The notes: generated from the sequence alone by a model not told the origin. A DNA stretch of 64,000 nucleotides from an uncultured Chloroflexia bacterium (GCA_963746845.1 CAVVCZ010000002.1:64001-128000), one strand, 5' to 3'. Counted from the first letter of the stretch, positions 1 to 10,918 are shown. Numbers and translations are program-made.

Positions 1-503
1 TCGCCGACGACCGCGCCGGCGCTGATCGCGAACGTCTGGACGACGATGATCGCCAGGTAGAAGGTCCAGGCGGCCGGCGTCTGCGGGAAGCCGGCGATCA
101 GGGTGTTCACGAGGATGGACGAGGCGGCGACGCCGAGGACGGCCAACGGCAATGGTCGGAGGACCGTCGCGTAGAAGAAGCCGGTGATCATGAAGATGAA
201 GTAGAGCGGGTGCCGGAGCATCAGGACCGACGCGAAGACGAGCAGGCCCACGAAGAAGACGTCGATCCGGAGGCGGTGCTCGCTGTTCGGCTGCGGTCGC
301 CGTGTGTAGAGCAGGTAGATCCACGCGGCGGCGCCGAGCGCGATCGCCGCCGTCGTGGGACGCCAGGCCGGGTCCGGCGGGCCGTCGCTCGGGTCGCCGG
401 CGCTGAGGACGAGGGCGGTCGCGAAGCCGAGCAGGACGTAACCGCCCCAGTCGAGCATCGCGTCGCCGAACCGCTCCCAGGCCGGCTTCGTCGTTGCGCT
501 CAT
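1..503 (-). CDS. Membrane sensor histidine kinase (DesK/NarX-like), N-terminal part; runs off the window
   Basis: Translated by hand from ATG at 503: MSATTKPAWERFGDAMLDWGGYVLLGFATALVL..., several TM helices; lies downstream of an ABC exporter pair. The kinase domain is not in the window. Confidence 0.6.
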   Translation of the reverse strand, partial: MSATTKPAWERFGDAMLDWGGYVLLGFATALVLSAGDPSDGPPDPAWRPTTAAIALGAAAWIYLLYTRRPQPNSEHRLRIDVFFVGLLVFASVLMLRHPLYFIFMITGFFYATVLRPLPLAVLGVAASSILVNTLIAGFPQTPAAWTFYLAIIVVQTFAISAGAVVG

Positions 504-555
504 GCCCGAACGCTACTCCAGACCGTGCCCCCGGATTGGGGGTGCCACGGGGAGG

Positions 556-1291
556 TCACTCCCACCGGAACAGCCGGACCGCGAGCGACCCCGCGACCAC
601 CGTGACGATCGCCATGCCGAGCAGCGGGGCCAGCTGCGGCGCCGTGCCCAGCCAGGCGTCCTGGAGGCTCTGGACGCTCGGCGGGGTGAAGTCGCCGATC
701 CGACGGAGGATCTCGGGCAGGAACACCCGCGGCAGGTAGACCCCGCCGAGGAACATCACGGCGAAGAACATCGGGATCGCGATCGCGGTCGCCGACCGGG
801 ACGACGGCGCGACCGACGCCACGAGCAGCCCGATCGAGAACAGCGACGTCATCCCGAGGACGAAGGCGGCGAGATAGGCGACCGGCTGACCCGGCAGCGG
901 GACCTCGAAGATGACGTTCGCGACCACGATGAGCGGGACGAGGGCGATGACCGCGATCACCGTGTAGACGAGGAGCTGCGCCAGGAGGAGCCGAAGCGGA
1001 TGGGCCGGCGTCGTCGAGAGGCGCCGCAGGATGCCCTTCTCGCGGTACGTCGCGAGGCGGATCGGGATGGTCTGGATGCCGAGCGTCCCGACCGTGATCA
1101 CGACGAGCGACGGCACGAAGACGTCGATGAAGCGGAGGCCGCCGAGGGCCGGGTCCGGCTCCGACGGCCCGAAGATCGAGCCGAAGATCAGGAGGATGAC
1201 CGTCGGCAGCGCGATCGCCGCGAGCCAGGTGATGGGTTCACGCAACATCAGGCGTGGCCTCGGTCGCGATGAGCGACCGCATCTCGTTCAT
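556..1291 (-). CDS. ABC-2 type transporter permease (1-bp frameshift near 1255)
   Basis: ORF 556-1248 has six TM segments and YREKGILRRL..TP; the likely start MNEMRSLIATEA at 1291 is in another frame and overlaps the ATPase stop. Confidence 0.85.
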
Positions 1292-2214
1292 GACAGCTCC
1301 TTGGCGGTGAGGCCGGACGACCGGCGGGTGAGGGCGAGGTATGCGTCGTCGAGGTTCGCCTGATCGACCCGGAGGTCGTTGGCGATGATCTGGCGGCCGG
1401 CGAGGACCGAGGTGACCGCCTGGACGAGGTTGCCGGAGCCGGTCACCACGACCGTCGGCCCGGCCCGTTCGACCCGCCGAACCTCGGGCAGATCGGTGAG
1501 GAGCCGGTCGTCGATCGGCGCGGACGGTCGGAACCGGAGCCGTTGCTCGGGGTCGACCATCGAGACGATGCCGGCCGGGGTGTCGAGGGCGATCACGCGC
1601 CCTTCGCCGAAGACCGCGACGCGGTCGGCGAGGCGCTCCGCCTCCTCCATCAGGTGGGTCACGAGCACGATGGTCACGCCGCGGTCGCGGATGGACTCGA
1701 TGAGCTGCCACGTCTCGCGGCGTGCCTGCGGGTCGAGACCGGTCGAGAGCTCGTCGAGGATGGCGATCCGCGGCCGGCCGATGAGAGCGAGGGCGATCGA
1801 CAGGCGCTGCTTCTGGCCGCCCGACAAGGTCTTGTAGGCCGCGTTCCGTTTGTCGCCGAGCCCGAGGTCGTCGAGCAGGGCGCGCGGGTCGGCCGGGTCC
1901 TCGTAGAACGAGGCGAACAGCGAGAGCGCCTCGCCGGCGGTCATCCGGTCGGGCAGCTCGCTCTCCTGGAGCTGGACACCGACGACCGCCCGGAGGCGCT
2001 CGCGGTCGCGCTGCGGATCGAGGCCCAGGACCCGGATGGTCCCTGAATCGGGCCTTCGCAGCCCGACGATCGACTCGACCGTGGTTGTCTTGCCGGCGCC
2101 GTTCGGGCCGAGGATCCCGAAGATCTCGCCCTCCTCGACGGAGAAGGACACGCCGTCGACCGCCGCGCGGCCGCCGTACTGCTTGGTGAGGTCGGAGACT
2201 TCGATGACGTTCAT
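1288..2214 (-). CDS. ABC transporter ATP-binding protein
   Basis: Walker A GPNGAGKTT, signature LSGGQ, Walker B ILDE, H-loop VTH; start MNVIEV. Confidence 0.95.
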   Translation of the reverse strand: MNVIEVSDLTKQYGGRAAVDGVSFSVEEGEIFGILGPNGAGKTTTVESIVGLRRPDSGTIRVLGLDPQRDRERLRAVVGVQLQESELPDRMTAGEALSLFASFYEDPADPRALLDDLGLGDKRNAAYKTLSGGQKQRLSIALALIGRPRIAILDELSTGLDPQARRETWQLIESIRDRGVTIVLVTHLMEEAERLADRVAVFGEGRVIALDTPAGIVSMVDPEQRLRFRPSAPIDDRLLTDLPEVRRVERAGPTVVVTGSGNLVQAVTSVLAGRQIIANDLRVDQANLDDAYLALTRRSSGLTAKELS

Positions 2215-2405
2215 GGCCCGAGCATCGGCCCGGGCGCGACGAACGGCATCGGCGGGACGGCCGGATCTCGCGGCGCGGTCGGTCGATGGCCGGATCAACC
2301 GAACGGTTGATGCGCGGTCCCTTTCGACAATGACGGAGCGGCTCGGACAGGATTGAACCGTCCGGGTCCGAAGCTCGCCTATATGGCGATCACCCGCGAG
2401 GATGA

Positions 2406-2984
2406 GTGATCCTCACGCACACGAGGGACCCGGTGACGACCGTCGAGCTGGTCCGGCAGGCGCAGGGCGGGGCATGGGATGCGTACGACGTCCTCGTGTC
2501 CGAGCGCATCGATGGGCTCTACCGGATCGCGAGCCTCATCCTCCAGGACTTCGACCGCGCCGAGGACGCCGTCCAGGAGGCGCTCGTCCGATGCTGGCGC
2601 GACCTGCCGCGACTCCGGAACCCGGACCGATTCGACGCGTGGCTGCGGCGGGTCCTCTACCACGCCATCACCGACGAGGCGCGCGATCGAACGCGCATGC
2701 GCTCGACGGTCGCCCGGCTGCACATCGACGCGGCAGAGGCCGACACCACGGCTGCGTTCGCCGACCGAGACCAGATCGCCCGCGTGTTCGGTCGACTTTC
2801 GATCGAGCATCGCACGATCGTCGTTCTCCGCTACTACCTCGGTCTCACGCTCGACGAGGCCGCGTCGACCGTCGGGATCCCCCTCGGGACGGCGAAGTCA
2901 CGGCTCCACCACGCGACGAGCGCGCTGCGCGCGGCGCTGGAGGCTGACGCACGTGCCGCTGCGGCGGGAAAGGTCCTGGCATGA
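2406..2984 (+). CDS. ECF RNA polymerase sigma factor
   Basis: AEDAVQEA, FDAWLRR, GIPLGTAKSRLH; the start may instead be the GTG at 2433. Confidence 0.92.
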   Translation: MILTHTRDPVTTVELVRQAQGGAWDAYDVLVSERIDGLYRIASLILQDFDRAEDAVQEALVRCWRDLPRLRNPDRFDAWLRRVLYHAITDEARDRTRMRSTVARLHIDAAEADTTAAFADRDQIARVFGRLSIEHRTIVVLRYYLGLTLDEAASTVGIPLGTAKSRLHHATSALRAALEADARAAAAGKVLA

Positions 2985-4147
2985 GCGTGCCGTTCGACCC
3001 GGATCGATCGATCGCGGCCTGGCTGGAGTCCCGGGCTCCGGAGCGGGCTCCCGAGCGTCTGCTTGCGGCGGTCCGGGAGCGAACGGAGCGCATGCCGCAG
3101 CCGCGCCCGGTCCGGCCCCGCGGGGTCCCGATCGCCATCCGGATCGGCCGGCCCCTGGCGTTCATCGCGGCGACGTCGGTGGTGGTCGCGATCGTCGGCG
3201 TCGCCGTGCTGCTCCCGCTCTCCAATCGCCTCGGCGGGACCACGCCCGCGCCTGCGTCACCGTCGACCGCGCCGTCGCTGGCTCCGTCAGACGCTCCGTC
3301 AGTTCCGCCGCGTCCCGCCCTCGCCGGTCTGCCACCCGCGGGAACCGCCCCTCGTGACCAGGTCCCGGGCGAGCTCGTCCTGGCCTATGTGGAGAGCACG
3401 TTCTCGACGCCGAGCTCCGTCTGGGTGTACAGCGACGGTCGCCTCGTGTTCCAGAGCTTCGGTACGGCCGCGCTGAGCCAGTTCGCCAACATTCCGGGCC
3501 TCTTCGAGCAGCGCCTCACGCCGGCCGGCGTCGAGTTCCTCCGATCGGCGGCGATCTCGACCGGCCTGTTCGAACACGACCTGGGCCTCGCCAAGGACGG
3601 GATCATGATCGAAATCCGGGTACGCAACCGCGAACGATTGGTCCGGGTGACCTGGGCGGTTCACGAGAACTACAAGGTCGGACCAACCGCTCCGACCGCT
3701 GCGCCGGAGCAGGCGACGGCGATCACGGCGCTGAGCGATCTCTACACCGATCCGAGCTCGTGGCCGGCCGGCACGTGGGCCGACGCCACCGTCCGGGCCT
3801 ATCTGCCCGCCCGATATGCGGTCTGTCTTCGGCGGGTGCCGGACGCCCTCCCACCTGCGGCGCTGTGGGCGATGTTGCCGGGTTCAGCTCGGGACCGCCT
3901 CCGCGCCGCAGACCTGACACGCCACGATGGCGCCCCCGCCGATCCGAGCTGCGTGCTCGTGGCGACCGACGACGTCCGGACGCTGATCTCCGTCATCGAG
4001 GGAGCCGGCATCCCCCAGGCCGGCGGGCCGTCGTCCAGGTGGCTGCGGTGGCAGTTCGCCGATCCGTCCGCTCCCGCCAACGACATCTGGATCTCCTTCA
4101 GCCAGGTCTTGCCGGACGGCGAGCAGGTCTACTTCGGGCCGGGCTGA
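2981..4147 (+). CDS. Membrane-anchored anti-sigma-like protein
   Basis: ATGA overlap with the ECF gene; short N-terminal domain (DRSIAAWLESRAPERAPERLL), one TM helix, Pro/Ser linker, extracellular domain. Confidence 0.7.
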   Translation: MSVPFDPDRSIAAWLESRAPERAPERLLAAVRERTERMPQPRPVRPRGVPIAIRIGRPLAFIAATSVVVAIVGVAVLLPLSNRLGGTTPAPASPSTAPSLAPSDAPSVPPRPALAGLPPAGTAPRDQVPGELVLAYVESTFSTPSSVWVYSDGRLVFQSFGTAALSQFANIPGLFEQRLTPAGVEFLRSAAISTGLFEHDLGLAKDGIMIEIRVRNRERLVRVTWAVHENYKVGPTAPTAAPEQATAITALSDLYTDPSSWPAGTWADATVRAYLPARYAVCLRRVPDALPPAALWAMLPGSARDRLRAADLTRHDGAPADPSCVLVATDDVRTLISVIEGAGIPQAGGPSSRWLRWQFADPSAPANDIWISFSQVLPDGEQVYFGPG

Positions 4148-4212
4148 GCTGGCGCAAGACGCTGAGCGAACGAGGCGCTGCGATGATGGGTCGCCGCTCC
4201 AGAGGATGAAGA

Positions 4213-5559
4213 ATGGCCTCAGGCATCCCGCGTGCCTCGCCCCTCGAGAACGTCCGCTTCTCGCTGACGGTCTTGCTTCCCAACCTGCTCCGGGGGATCG
4301 CGATCCCGTTGCCGTTCTGGACCGAGGTGGCGACCCGGCTCGACACAGGGCGCAGTGCGGCGACGGTGGAGCATCTGACCGAGCGCTACTCCGGCCGGCC
4401 GGTGATGCTTCGAAGCGTCCTTGGGCGGACGCTTCTGGTCCTGGCGGCCGGCGATGTCCGCCGGGTCCTCGAGTCACCCGTGTCCGTCTACGGCATGAAC
4501 GCCACGGAGAAGCAGCGGCTGTTCTCGCCGTTCGCACCCGATGCCCTCAACGGCTCACCGCCGGAGCTCCATGCCGAGCGCCGCCCGTTCAACGAGGCCG
4601 TGCTCGACTACGGACACGAGCACCATCGCTTCGCGGAGCAATTCCTGAGCGTCGTCCACGAGGAGGTCGCGGCGATGCTGGCGGACGCCGGCGTCCTCGA
4701 CTACGAGCGATCGCTCCGGGCCTTTCGAAGGATCTCGCGGCGCTGCGCGTTCGGCGATGCCGCCGCGGACGACACGGAGCTGAGCGAGCTGCACGGCCGG
4801 TTGCGCGCGGACGCCGACTGGCTGGGGCTCAAGGTCTGGAGCCGACTCCGGGACGCACGGCTCCGGGCGTCCATGGACGAACGGATCCAGCGCTACGTCG
4901 CTGCCGCAGAGCCCGGCACGCTGGTCAGTCTGTTCGCGTCCGCGCCCACCGAGGCGGAGACCCGGCCGAACGGCCAGGTGCCGTTCTGGCTGATGGCGCT
5001 CGACGCGATTCGCACCGCGGTCTTCAACGCCATGGCGCTGCTGACGACCGATCCTGCCGCGCACGAGCGCGCCGTCACCGAGGTTCGCGACGCGGACCGG
5101 GCCCATGGGCAGGGCACGGTCGCTGCCCTCGCCGATCTGGCCTTCGTCCGCGCCTGCCTGCTCGACACAGTTCGGCTGTATCCCGCGGCGGCCATGCTCG
5201 TACGTGTCACAGCCGCCGAGACGGAGTGGGACGGCGTGACGCTGCCGATCGGCTCGAGGGTCCTCATCCCCGTCGCCGCCCAGCATCGGGCGCGTCGGCT
5301 GCCGCACGCGAACCGGTTCGCACCGGACCGCTGGCTCGACGGGTCGGCCGATGCCGACTGGCAGATGAACGTGTTCTCGCGCGGCGGCGCGCAGTGTGCC
5401 GGCCGGAATCTCGCTCTCATGCTCGGAACCGCCAGTCTCGCGGAGCTGCTCCGCCAGGGCGAGTTCGAGCTCCTGAGGCCGAAGCTGGGCTCGGACCGTC
5501 CGCTCCCGTACGGAATCAACCCGTTGAACGTCCGATTTGCCGTTCGCGGAGCCCATTGA
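4213..5559 (+). CDS. Cytochrome P450
   Basis: DTVRLYP (ExxR variant), FAPDRW, heme ligand motif FSRGGAQCAG. Confidence 0.9.
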   Translation: MASGIPRASPLENVRFSLTVLLPNLLRGIAIPLPFWTEVATRLDTGRSAATVEHLTERYSGRPVMLRSVLGRTLLVLAAGDVRRVLESPVSVYGMNATEKQRLFSPFAPDALNGSPPELHAERRPFNEAVLDYGHEHHRFAEQFLSVVHEEVAAMLADAGVLDYERSLRAFRRISRRCAFGDAAADDTELSELHGRLRADADWLGLKVWSRLRDARLRASMDERIQRYVAAAEPGTLVSLFASAPTEAETRPNGQVPFWLMALDAIRTAVFNAMALLTTDPAAHERAVTEVRDADRAHGQGTVAALADLAFVRACLLDTVRLYPAAAMLVRVTAAETEWDGVTLPIGSRVLIPVAAQHRARRLPHANRFAPDRWLDGSADADWQMNVFSRGGAQCAGRNLALMLGTASLAELLRQGEFELLRPKLGSDRPLPYGINPLNVRFAVRGAH

Positions 5560-5635
5560 CACCGCCGGTCACAGGCTGCTCTTCATCACGAGCCCTGGCC
5601 GCCCGGTCAACCGGTCTTCATCGTGTCCCCGGTGC

Positions 5636-5995
5636 TTATTCGTGCAGCCGGCTCACCCAGTCCTCGGGGACGCGACCGACTGGTCCCGGTGCGGGCTGAT
5701 CCCGCGGATGACTGCGGGGCGGCGCGAGCGGCGGGATGCCGACCACCTGGCCGTCGCGCGCGTAGTCATAGAACCAGTTCTCGCCCGGCTCGAAGCTCTG
5801 CGCGATCGGGTGGCCGGCATCGTCGGCGTGGTGATGGGCGTGCTGCGACGGAGATGAGTCGCAGCACCCGACGTGACCGCAGGCCGCGCACCGCCGGAGG
5901 TGGAACCACCAGCCATCCGGTGTGCCGAGGCATTCGACGCAGCCCGGACCGCTCGGAGGGACTGCCTGGTCGATGGGCGGATCAGCCATGGTCAC
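5636..5995 (-). CDS. UBP-type zinc finger protein
   Basis: CVEC...WFHLRRCAACGHVGCCDSSPSQHAHHH...SFEPGENWFY. Confidence 0.9.
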   Translation of the reverse strand: MTMADPPIDQAVPPSGPGCVECLGTPDGWWFHLRRCAACGHVGCCDSSPSQHAHHHADDAGHPIAQSFEPGENWFYDYARDGQVVGIPPLAPPRSHPRDQPAPGPVGRVPEDWVSRLHE

Positions 5996-6122
5996 GCGGT
6001 CGCCTCACAGCAAACGGGCGGGGCAGTGCCAGTGTGGGCCTTGAGGTCCCATCCCCGCCAGGTCCCCGGCCGCGCGATCCGCCGTGCCGCGCTCGCTGAC
6101 TGCTGCGCCTCACGCACGTTGC

Positions 6123-6650
6123 TCACTCCCCGGGAGGGATTCCGCGAGGCAGGCCGTCGGTCGAAGGCCCGCTCCAGCGATGCGCTCCGACCGTGTGCCG
6201 TCGCGGCTCGATGCCGGAGAACCGACGAGCACGCGTCACCAGCTGGCGATCGGTCAGCGGCGGGGATGCTTCGGTGGCGACGTGGCGATGGCGGCCGTGA
6301 TGCTCGTCGCTCGCGGAGAGCTGCCGCGCCAGGCGTTCGTGGACCGGTCCGCCACCCAGGATCAGCAGGTCGTCGCCCGTGTCCAACCGGTCCACGATCT
6401 CGCCGACAAAGCGATTCAGGTGTTCGATGCGATGCGGCTCGCCCGCGGTCTGGGAGCCGCCGCCGCCACCACCACCGTGGCGGACGACGGGATCGTGGCG
6501 GACGTGGCCTGTCGACCGATGGTGAGCGGGCACCTCCGACTCCACTCGTTCGATGCGCGCCCGGGCGTTTTGGATCCGGACGATGACGGCCTCCCTCGAA
6601 TCGATCCAGACGAGCGTGCTGGAGCGACCGTCGTCGGGCATCCTGCTCAT
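6123..6650 (-). CDS. Hypothetical protein, eRF1/host-attachment (baeRF)-like fold
   Basis: VWIDSREAVIV, Gly-rich loop HGGGGGGSQ, LLILGGG, LTDRQLV; ATGA overlap with the YbaK gene. Confidence 0.55.
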   Translation of the reverse strand: MSRMPDDGRSSTLVWIDSREAVIVRIQNARARIERVESEVPAHHRSTGHVRHDPVVRHGGGGGGGSQTAGEPHRIEHLNRFVGEIVDRLDTGDDLLILGGGPVHERLARQLSASDEHHGRHRHVATEASPPLTDRQLVTRARRFSGIEPRRHTVGAHRWSGPSTDGLPRGIPPGE

Positions 6651-7168
6651 GAGTTCGCCCACGCCGGACCGGCGTCGGCATCGACGGCCAGATCCGCGTA
6701 GAGGACGGTGCAGGCCCGCTCCCAGCGCGCTCGCTCCACCCGAGCGCTGAAGCGATGGCTGCCCGCGTTGAAGCTGATCTCGGGGTCATCCCGAACGGCG
6801 TAGTCCGCGTACGTCGTCAGTCCGTAGAGCGCGCCGACGGCGGGGATGGCGCCGACATCGCAACCGGGCGCCAATGCGGTCAGCTCGGCCTCGCTCAGCA
6901 GTCGAACGTCGCTCGCGCCCATGGCGAGCCGGGCCTTGCGCAGGTCGAGCTGGTCGGTGGCGTCGAGAACGATGAGGGCAGTCCGCCCATCGTGTGACGC
7001 GACCGCCACGACCTTGGCGAAGGTCCGGGGATCGACGCCTTCGGCCGTGGCCGTGGCGCGGGCCGTGAAAGCCGCGGCGTGCTCGTGGATCTCGTACTCG
7101 ACGTTGTGGGCGGCGAACCAGTCCAGAAGGGGCTGATAGGGTCGCTCGAGGGTCGTCTCGGTATTCAT
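6647..7168 (-). CDS. YbaK/EbsC family aminoacyl-tRNA deacylase-like protein
   Basis: HAAAFTA..TA..EG, FAKVV, GCDVGAIP, FNAGSH; start MNTETT with a GGAGG RBS. Confidence 0.88.
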   Translation of the reverse strand: MNTETTLERPYQPLLDWFAAHNVEYEIHEHAAAFTARATATAEGVDPRTFAKVVAVASHDGRTALIVLDATDQLDLRKARLAMGASDVRLLSEAELTALAPGCDVGAIPAVGALYGLTTYADYAVRDDPEISFNAGSHRFSARVERARWERACTVLYADLAVDADAGPAWANS

Positions 7169-7444
7169 GGATCGTGACCTCCTGGCACCCTGTCCGGTTC
7201 CTGCAGGGTGGCCCGTGTCGAGCGCGGTGCGCATCGGCCATTCGACGTGGTGACGCAGGCCGAACGGATCGAACCAAGGTCCCGCGACGGCCGGGGTCCA
7301 TTTGGGTCCGACCGACTCCGCGTGTTCGTGTCCGACGGCTCTCGCCGGGGTCGGGCAGCCCGCCGAGACTGGACTCCTGGACGGGTCGACATGGCCGCGT
7401 GCAACCGATGGCAGCGATCCGCCCGCAAGCACGGAGGTCATCTG

Positions 7445-7891
7445 ATGACACTCATCCGGCGTCCCACGCCGTTCGTGGATCTCGTCTCGTTCCAGGACAT
7501 GATGGAGCGACTCTTCGACGATCGACTCTTCAAGCCGATGTGGATTTGCGATGGCGAGCGGCAGGTCGCTCCCTCGCTGGATCTGTACACGACTCAAGAG
7601 GCGGTGATCGCCAGGATCGCGCTGCCCGGCGTCAAGCCGGAGGACGTCGACGTCGCCATCGCCGACGACCTCGTCACCATCAGCGGTACGTTCAAGGGCG
7701 AGACGGAGACAAGCGACGCGGGCTACATCCACAAGGAGCTCAGCCACGGCACGTTCAGCCGAACCTTCTCGGTGCCGATCGCCATCAAGGCCGACGCCGC
7801 CAAGGCGGAGTTCACGAACGGGCTGCTCACGCTCACCCTCCCCAAGACCGAGGAAGTCAAGCCGACGCACCTCAAGGTCCAGGTTTCCTGA
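7445..7891 (+). CDS. Hsp20/alpha-crystallin small heat shock protein
   Basis: LPGVKPEDVDV, GTFSRTF, AEFTNGLLTLTLPK; GGAGG RBS. Confidence 0.93.
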   Translation: MTLIRRPTPFVDLVSFQDMMERLFDDRLFKPMWICDGERQVAPSLDLYTTQEAVIARIALPGVKPEDVDVAIADDLVTISGTFKGETETSDAGYIHKELSHGTFSRTFSVPIAIKADAAKAEFTNGLLTLTLPKTEEVKPTHLKVQVS

Positions 7892-7924
7892 GGCCTCGAT
7901 GTCGCCGTTCGCCTTCCGACACCA

Positions 7925-7961
7925 GGCGGAGGTCCCACCAGCGGCGGGACCTCCGCCCTTC
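7925..7961 (+). terminator. Hairpin terminator after hsp20
   Basis: GGCGGAGGTCCC...GGGACCTCCGCC inverted repeat followed by CTTCT. Confidence 0.7.
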
Positions 7962-8057
7962 TGACTCCCCGCGCCGGGTAGCGGATCGACCCGGCCGTCC
8001 GATGACCGGGGCACCGCGGCGAGCGGCGGCGTGAAACCGGGTCCGTCCGACGCAGCC

Positions 8058-8622
8058 TCAGGCGCGGACCGGCGACGTTGCCACGGCCATGGCCGCGTCG
8101 TAACCGGCGCCGAACGCCGCGAGGTTCGCCTCGATCAACGCCGGCCGGTCGACGCCCACGACTTCGGCAAGCGCCTGCCGGATCGACTCCAGGCGGACCA
8201 CCGAAGTTCGCGCAATCAGGCCGCCAAGGGCAACGACGCTGACCAGCCGGTCGTCGCCGGCGGTCCGCGCCAGCCTCGAGCACGGCACCGCCACGACGTC
8301 GACGTCCCTCCGCCGAGGCTCGGCCTCGATCAGCGACGCGTTGACGATGAGAAGCCCGCCGGGGACGAGCAGGGGCTCGTACTTCGCGAGTGATGGCGGG
8401 TTCAAGGCGACGACGCTGTCGGCGTCGTCGACGATCGGCGAGCCGATCGCGTGGTCGGCGACGATGACCGTGCAGGACGCCGTCCCGCCGCGCATCTCGG
8501 GCCCGTAGGAGGGCATCCATGACACCGTCCGGCCTTCGATGACCGCGGCCTGGGTGAGGACGTGACCGGCGAACAGCAGGCCTTGCCCGCCGAAACCCAC
8601 CGAAGATCGTCGCGTGGCGCAT
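8058..8622 (-). CDS. 2-oxoacid:acceptor oxidoreductase gamma subunit (frameshift near 8596)
   Basis: [10 protein letters not shown] joins GGQGLLFAG; [14 protein letters not shown]. Confidence 0.88.
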
Positions 8623-8624
8623 GG

Positions 8625-9412
8625 TCAGTCCTTTCGAGGCCCGGGAGATCCTTCGTCCGGTCGACCAGGACGCCGAGCGGATACGTCTGGACGACGTCCT
8701 CGGCCAGGTGCGCCATCGACTCGGTCGGGGTCATCCCCCAGCCGACCGGGCACGTCGAGAGGACCTCCACGATCGACAGCCCGCCACCGGCCAGCTGCAC
8801 CTCGAACGCCCGGCGAAGCATCGCCTTCGTCCGACCGATCCACTGCGGGTCGGCGATCGAGCCGCGTGCGGCGTACGAGACGCCTGGGAGCAGCGCGAGC
8901 ATCTCCGTGATCGGGATCGGGTAGCCGGTGGTCGTTGCCTCCCGCCCGCCCGGGCTCGAGGTCGTGCGCTGGCCGAGCAGCGTCGTCGGGGCCATCTGGC
9001 CACCGGTCATGCCGTAGATACCGTTGTTGACGAAGATGACGCTGATCCGCTCGCCACGCGCGGCGGCGTGGACGATCTCGGCCGTCCCGATCGCGGCCAG
9101 GTCACCGTCGCCCTGATAGGTGAAGACGAACGCGTCGGGGCGGACCCGTCGAATCCCGCTCGCGACGGCCGGGGCGCGACCGTGTGGGGCCTCGACGAAG
9201 TCGACCGTCAGATAGTCGTACGCGAAGACGCTGCAGCCGACCGAGGCGACCGCGATGGTCGTCGGGCCCAGGTGCATTTCGTCGAGCAGCTCCGCGACGA
9301 GGCGATGGATGATGCCGTGGCCGCAGCCCGGGCAGTAGTGCGTCGACGTGTCCGCGAGCGCGTCCGGTCGGTGGTAGATGACGCGTCTCGGATCGGCTGT
9401 CTGGATGGCCAT
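8625..9412 (-). CDS. 2-oxoacid:ferredoxin oxidoreductase beta (TPP-binding) subunit
   Basis: [33 protein letters not shown]. The 3' end is uncertain: the ORF reads on to 8402 unless an indel hides the TGA at 8625. Confidence 0.9.
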
Positions 9413-9416
9413 CGCG

Positions 9417-10579
9417 TCACCGTCCCTTCGGCTGGGTCGGGCTCGGCGCTCCGAGCTCAGCCCAGGCACCGAGCTCGATCAGGCCGAACGGGTCAGCCTC
9501 GTCGTCGCCGGCGATCCGGTCGTCAGCCAAGCTCGGTCGGACCGGCTCCGTCAGCGCCCAGGCGCGGTTCAAGGTCTTGACGACTGCTCCCGGCGTGGGG
9601 ACGATGCCGCCCATCCGGCCATGGAAGAAGACCGGCGCGGATCCCTCGACCGCCAAACGCACGTCCTCGACCATCTGACCCGCGGACATCTCCACGACGA
9701 CGATGGCCCGCACGCTCTGGCGATTCGCGCAGCTCGGTCGAGGGGAACGGCCAGAGGCTGATCGGTCGGAAGAGCCCGGCGCGAAGGCCGAGATCGCGCG
9801 CCCGCTCGATGGCGGTTCGCGCGACGCGCGCCGACGTCCCGTAGGCCACGATGACGATCTCGGCGTCGTCGAGCAACTCACCCGCCCAGCGGACCTCGCG
9901 CTCGCGGATCGTGGTGAACTTCGCCTGCAACAGCTCGTTGTGCGCCTCGAGCTCCTCGGGCCGGAGATGGAGCGAGCGGACAACCCGGGCCGGCCGACCG
10001 GCGGCCCCGGTGAGCTCCCAGCCGGCCGGCTCCCGGACCGGCATCCGGTAGACGGGCAGGACCGCCTCCATGGCCTGACCCATGACACCGTCGGCGACGA
10101 TCATCACGGGCGTCCGGTAGCGCTCGGCGATCTCGAAGGCGTCGGCCACGAGGCCGACCCCCTCGGCGATCGAGGACGGGGCGAGCACCGGAACGTGGTA
10201 GTCGCCATGGCCGTGGCCCTTCGTCGCTGGAAGTAGTCCGACTGCGAGGGTCCGATGCTGCCGAGCCCGGGTCCACCCCGCATGACGTTGATGAGGACCA
10301 TCGGCAGCTCGGAGCCCGCCAGGTAGCTCATCCCCTCGGCCATCAGGCTGATGCCGGGGCTCGAGGAGGAGACGAGGACCCGGGCGCCGGTCGCCGCGGC
10401 CCCAAGCGCCATGTTGATCGCCGCCAGCTCGCTCTCCGCCTGGACGAAGACGCGCCCCAGCTCCGGCATGCGCCGGGCCATCCACTCCAGCAGCTCGGCC
10501 TGCGGCGTGATCGGGTAGCCGAAGTACGCGTCGCAGCCCGCCGGATGGCGGCCTCGGCCATCGCTTCGTCGCCCTTCAT
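9417..10579 (-). CDS. 2-oxoacid:ferredoxin oxidoreductase alpha subunit (VorB-like), several frameshifts
   Basis: [38 protein letters not shown] and VVEMSAGQM are spread over different frames. Confidence 0.88.
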
Positions 10580-10645
10580 CAGGATCGGGCGGACGACGTC
10601 GTCCTCGCGACCGGTGCCACAGGGACCTCGGCGATGGCGACCACG

Positions 10646-10918
10646 TCAGGTCAGCCTGGGCCGAGCGAACACGGCGAACACCGTGTCGGGGCAGATCCGC
10701 GCACACAACGCACAGCTCGTGCATGCGGCGGCATCGGTCAGTCGAACCGGGTGGTAGCCGAGGGCGTTCACCAGCGAGTCATCGAGCGCGAGGACGCTCT
10801 TCGGGCAGATGTCAACGCAGAGGCCGCAGCCCTTGCACCGGTCGGCCGCGATGTCGAGCGGCTCGAAGGTGTCGAGTGCCCACGGCCCCGACTCGATTGA
10901 CTGGACGGCGATCGCCAT
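10646..10918 (-). CDS. 2x[4Fe-4S] ferredoxin (delta subunit)
   Basis: [12 protein letters not shown] and [12 protein letters not shown]. Confidence 0.93.
   Translation of the reverse strand: MAIAVQSIESGPWALDTFEPLDIAADRCKGCGLCVDICPKSVLALDDSLVNALGYHPVRLTDAAACTSCALCARICPDTVFAVFARPRLT

Noticed and set aside
502-1272. Long antisense or alternate-frame ORFs (also 4206-5699, 16355-17731, 22928-24229, 32299-33609, 33422-34930, 54295-55746 and others)
   Set aside because: Arg/Pro-rich shadows of real genes, expected in high-GC DNA; no recognisable motifs.
8058-10579. Programmed frameshifting or pseudogenisation of the oxidoreductase operon
   Set aside because: All catalytic motifs are intact and the indel density matches the rest of the window.
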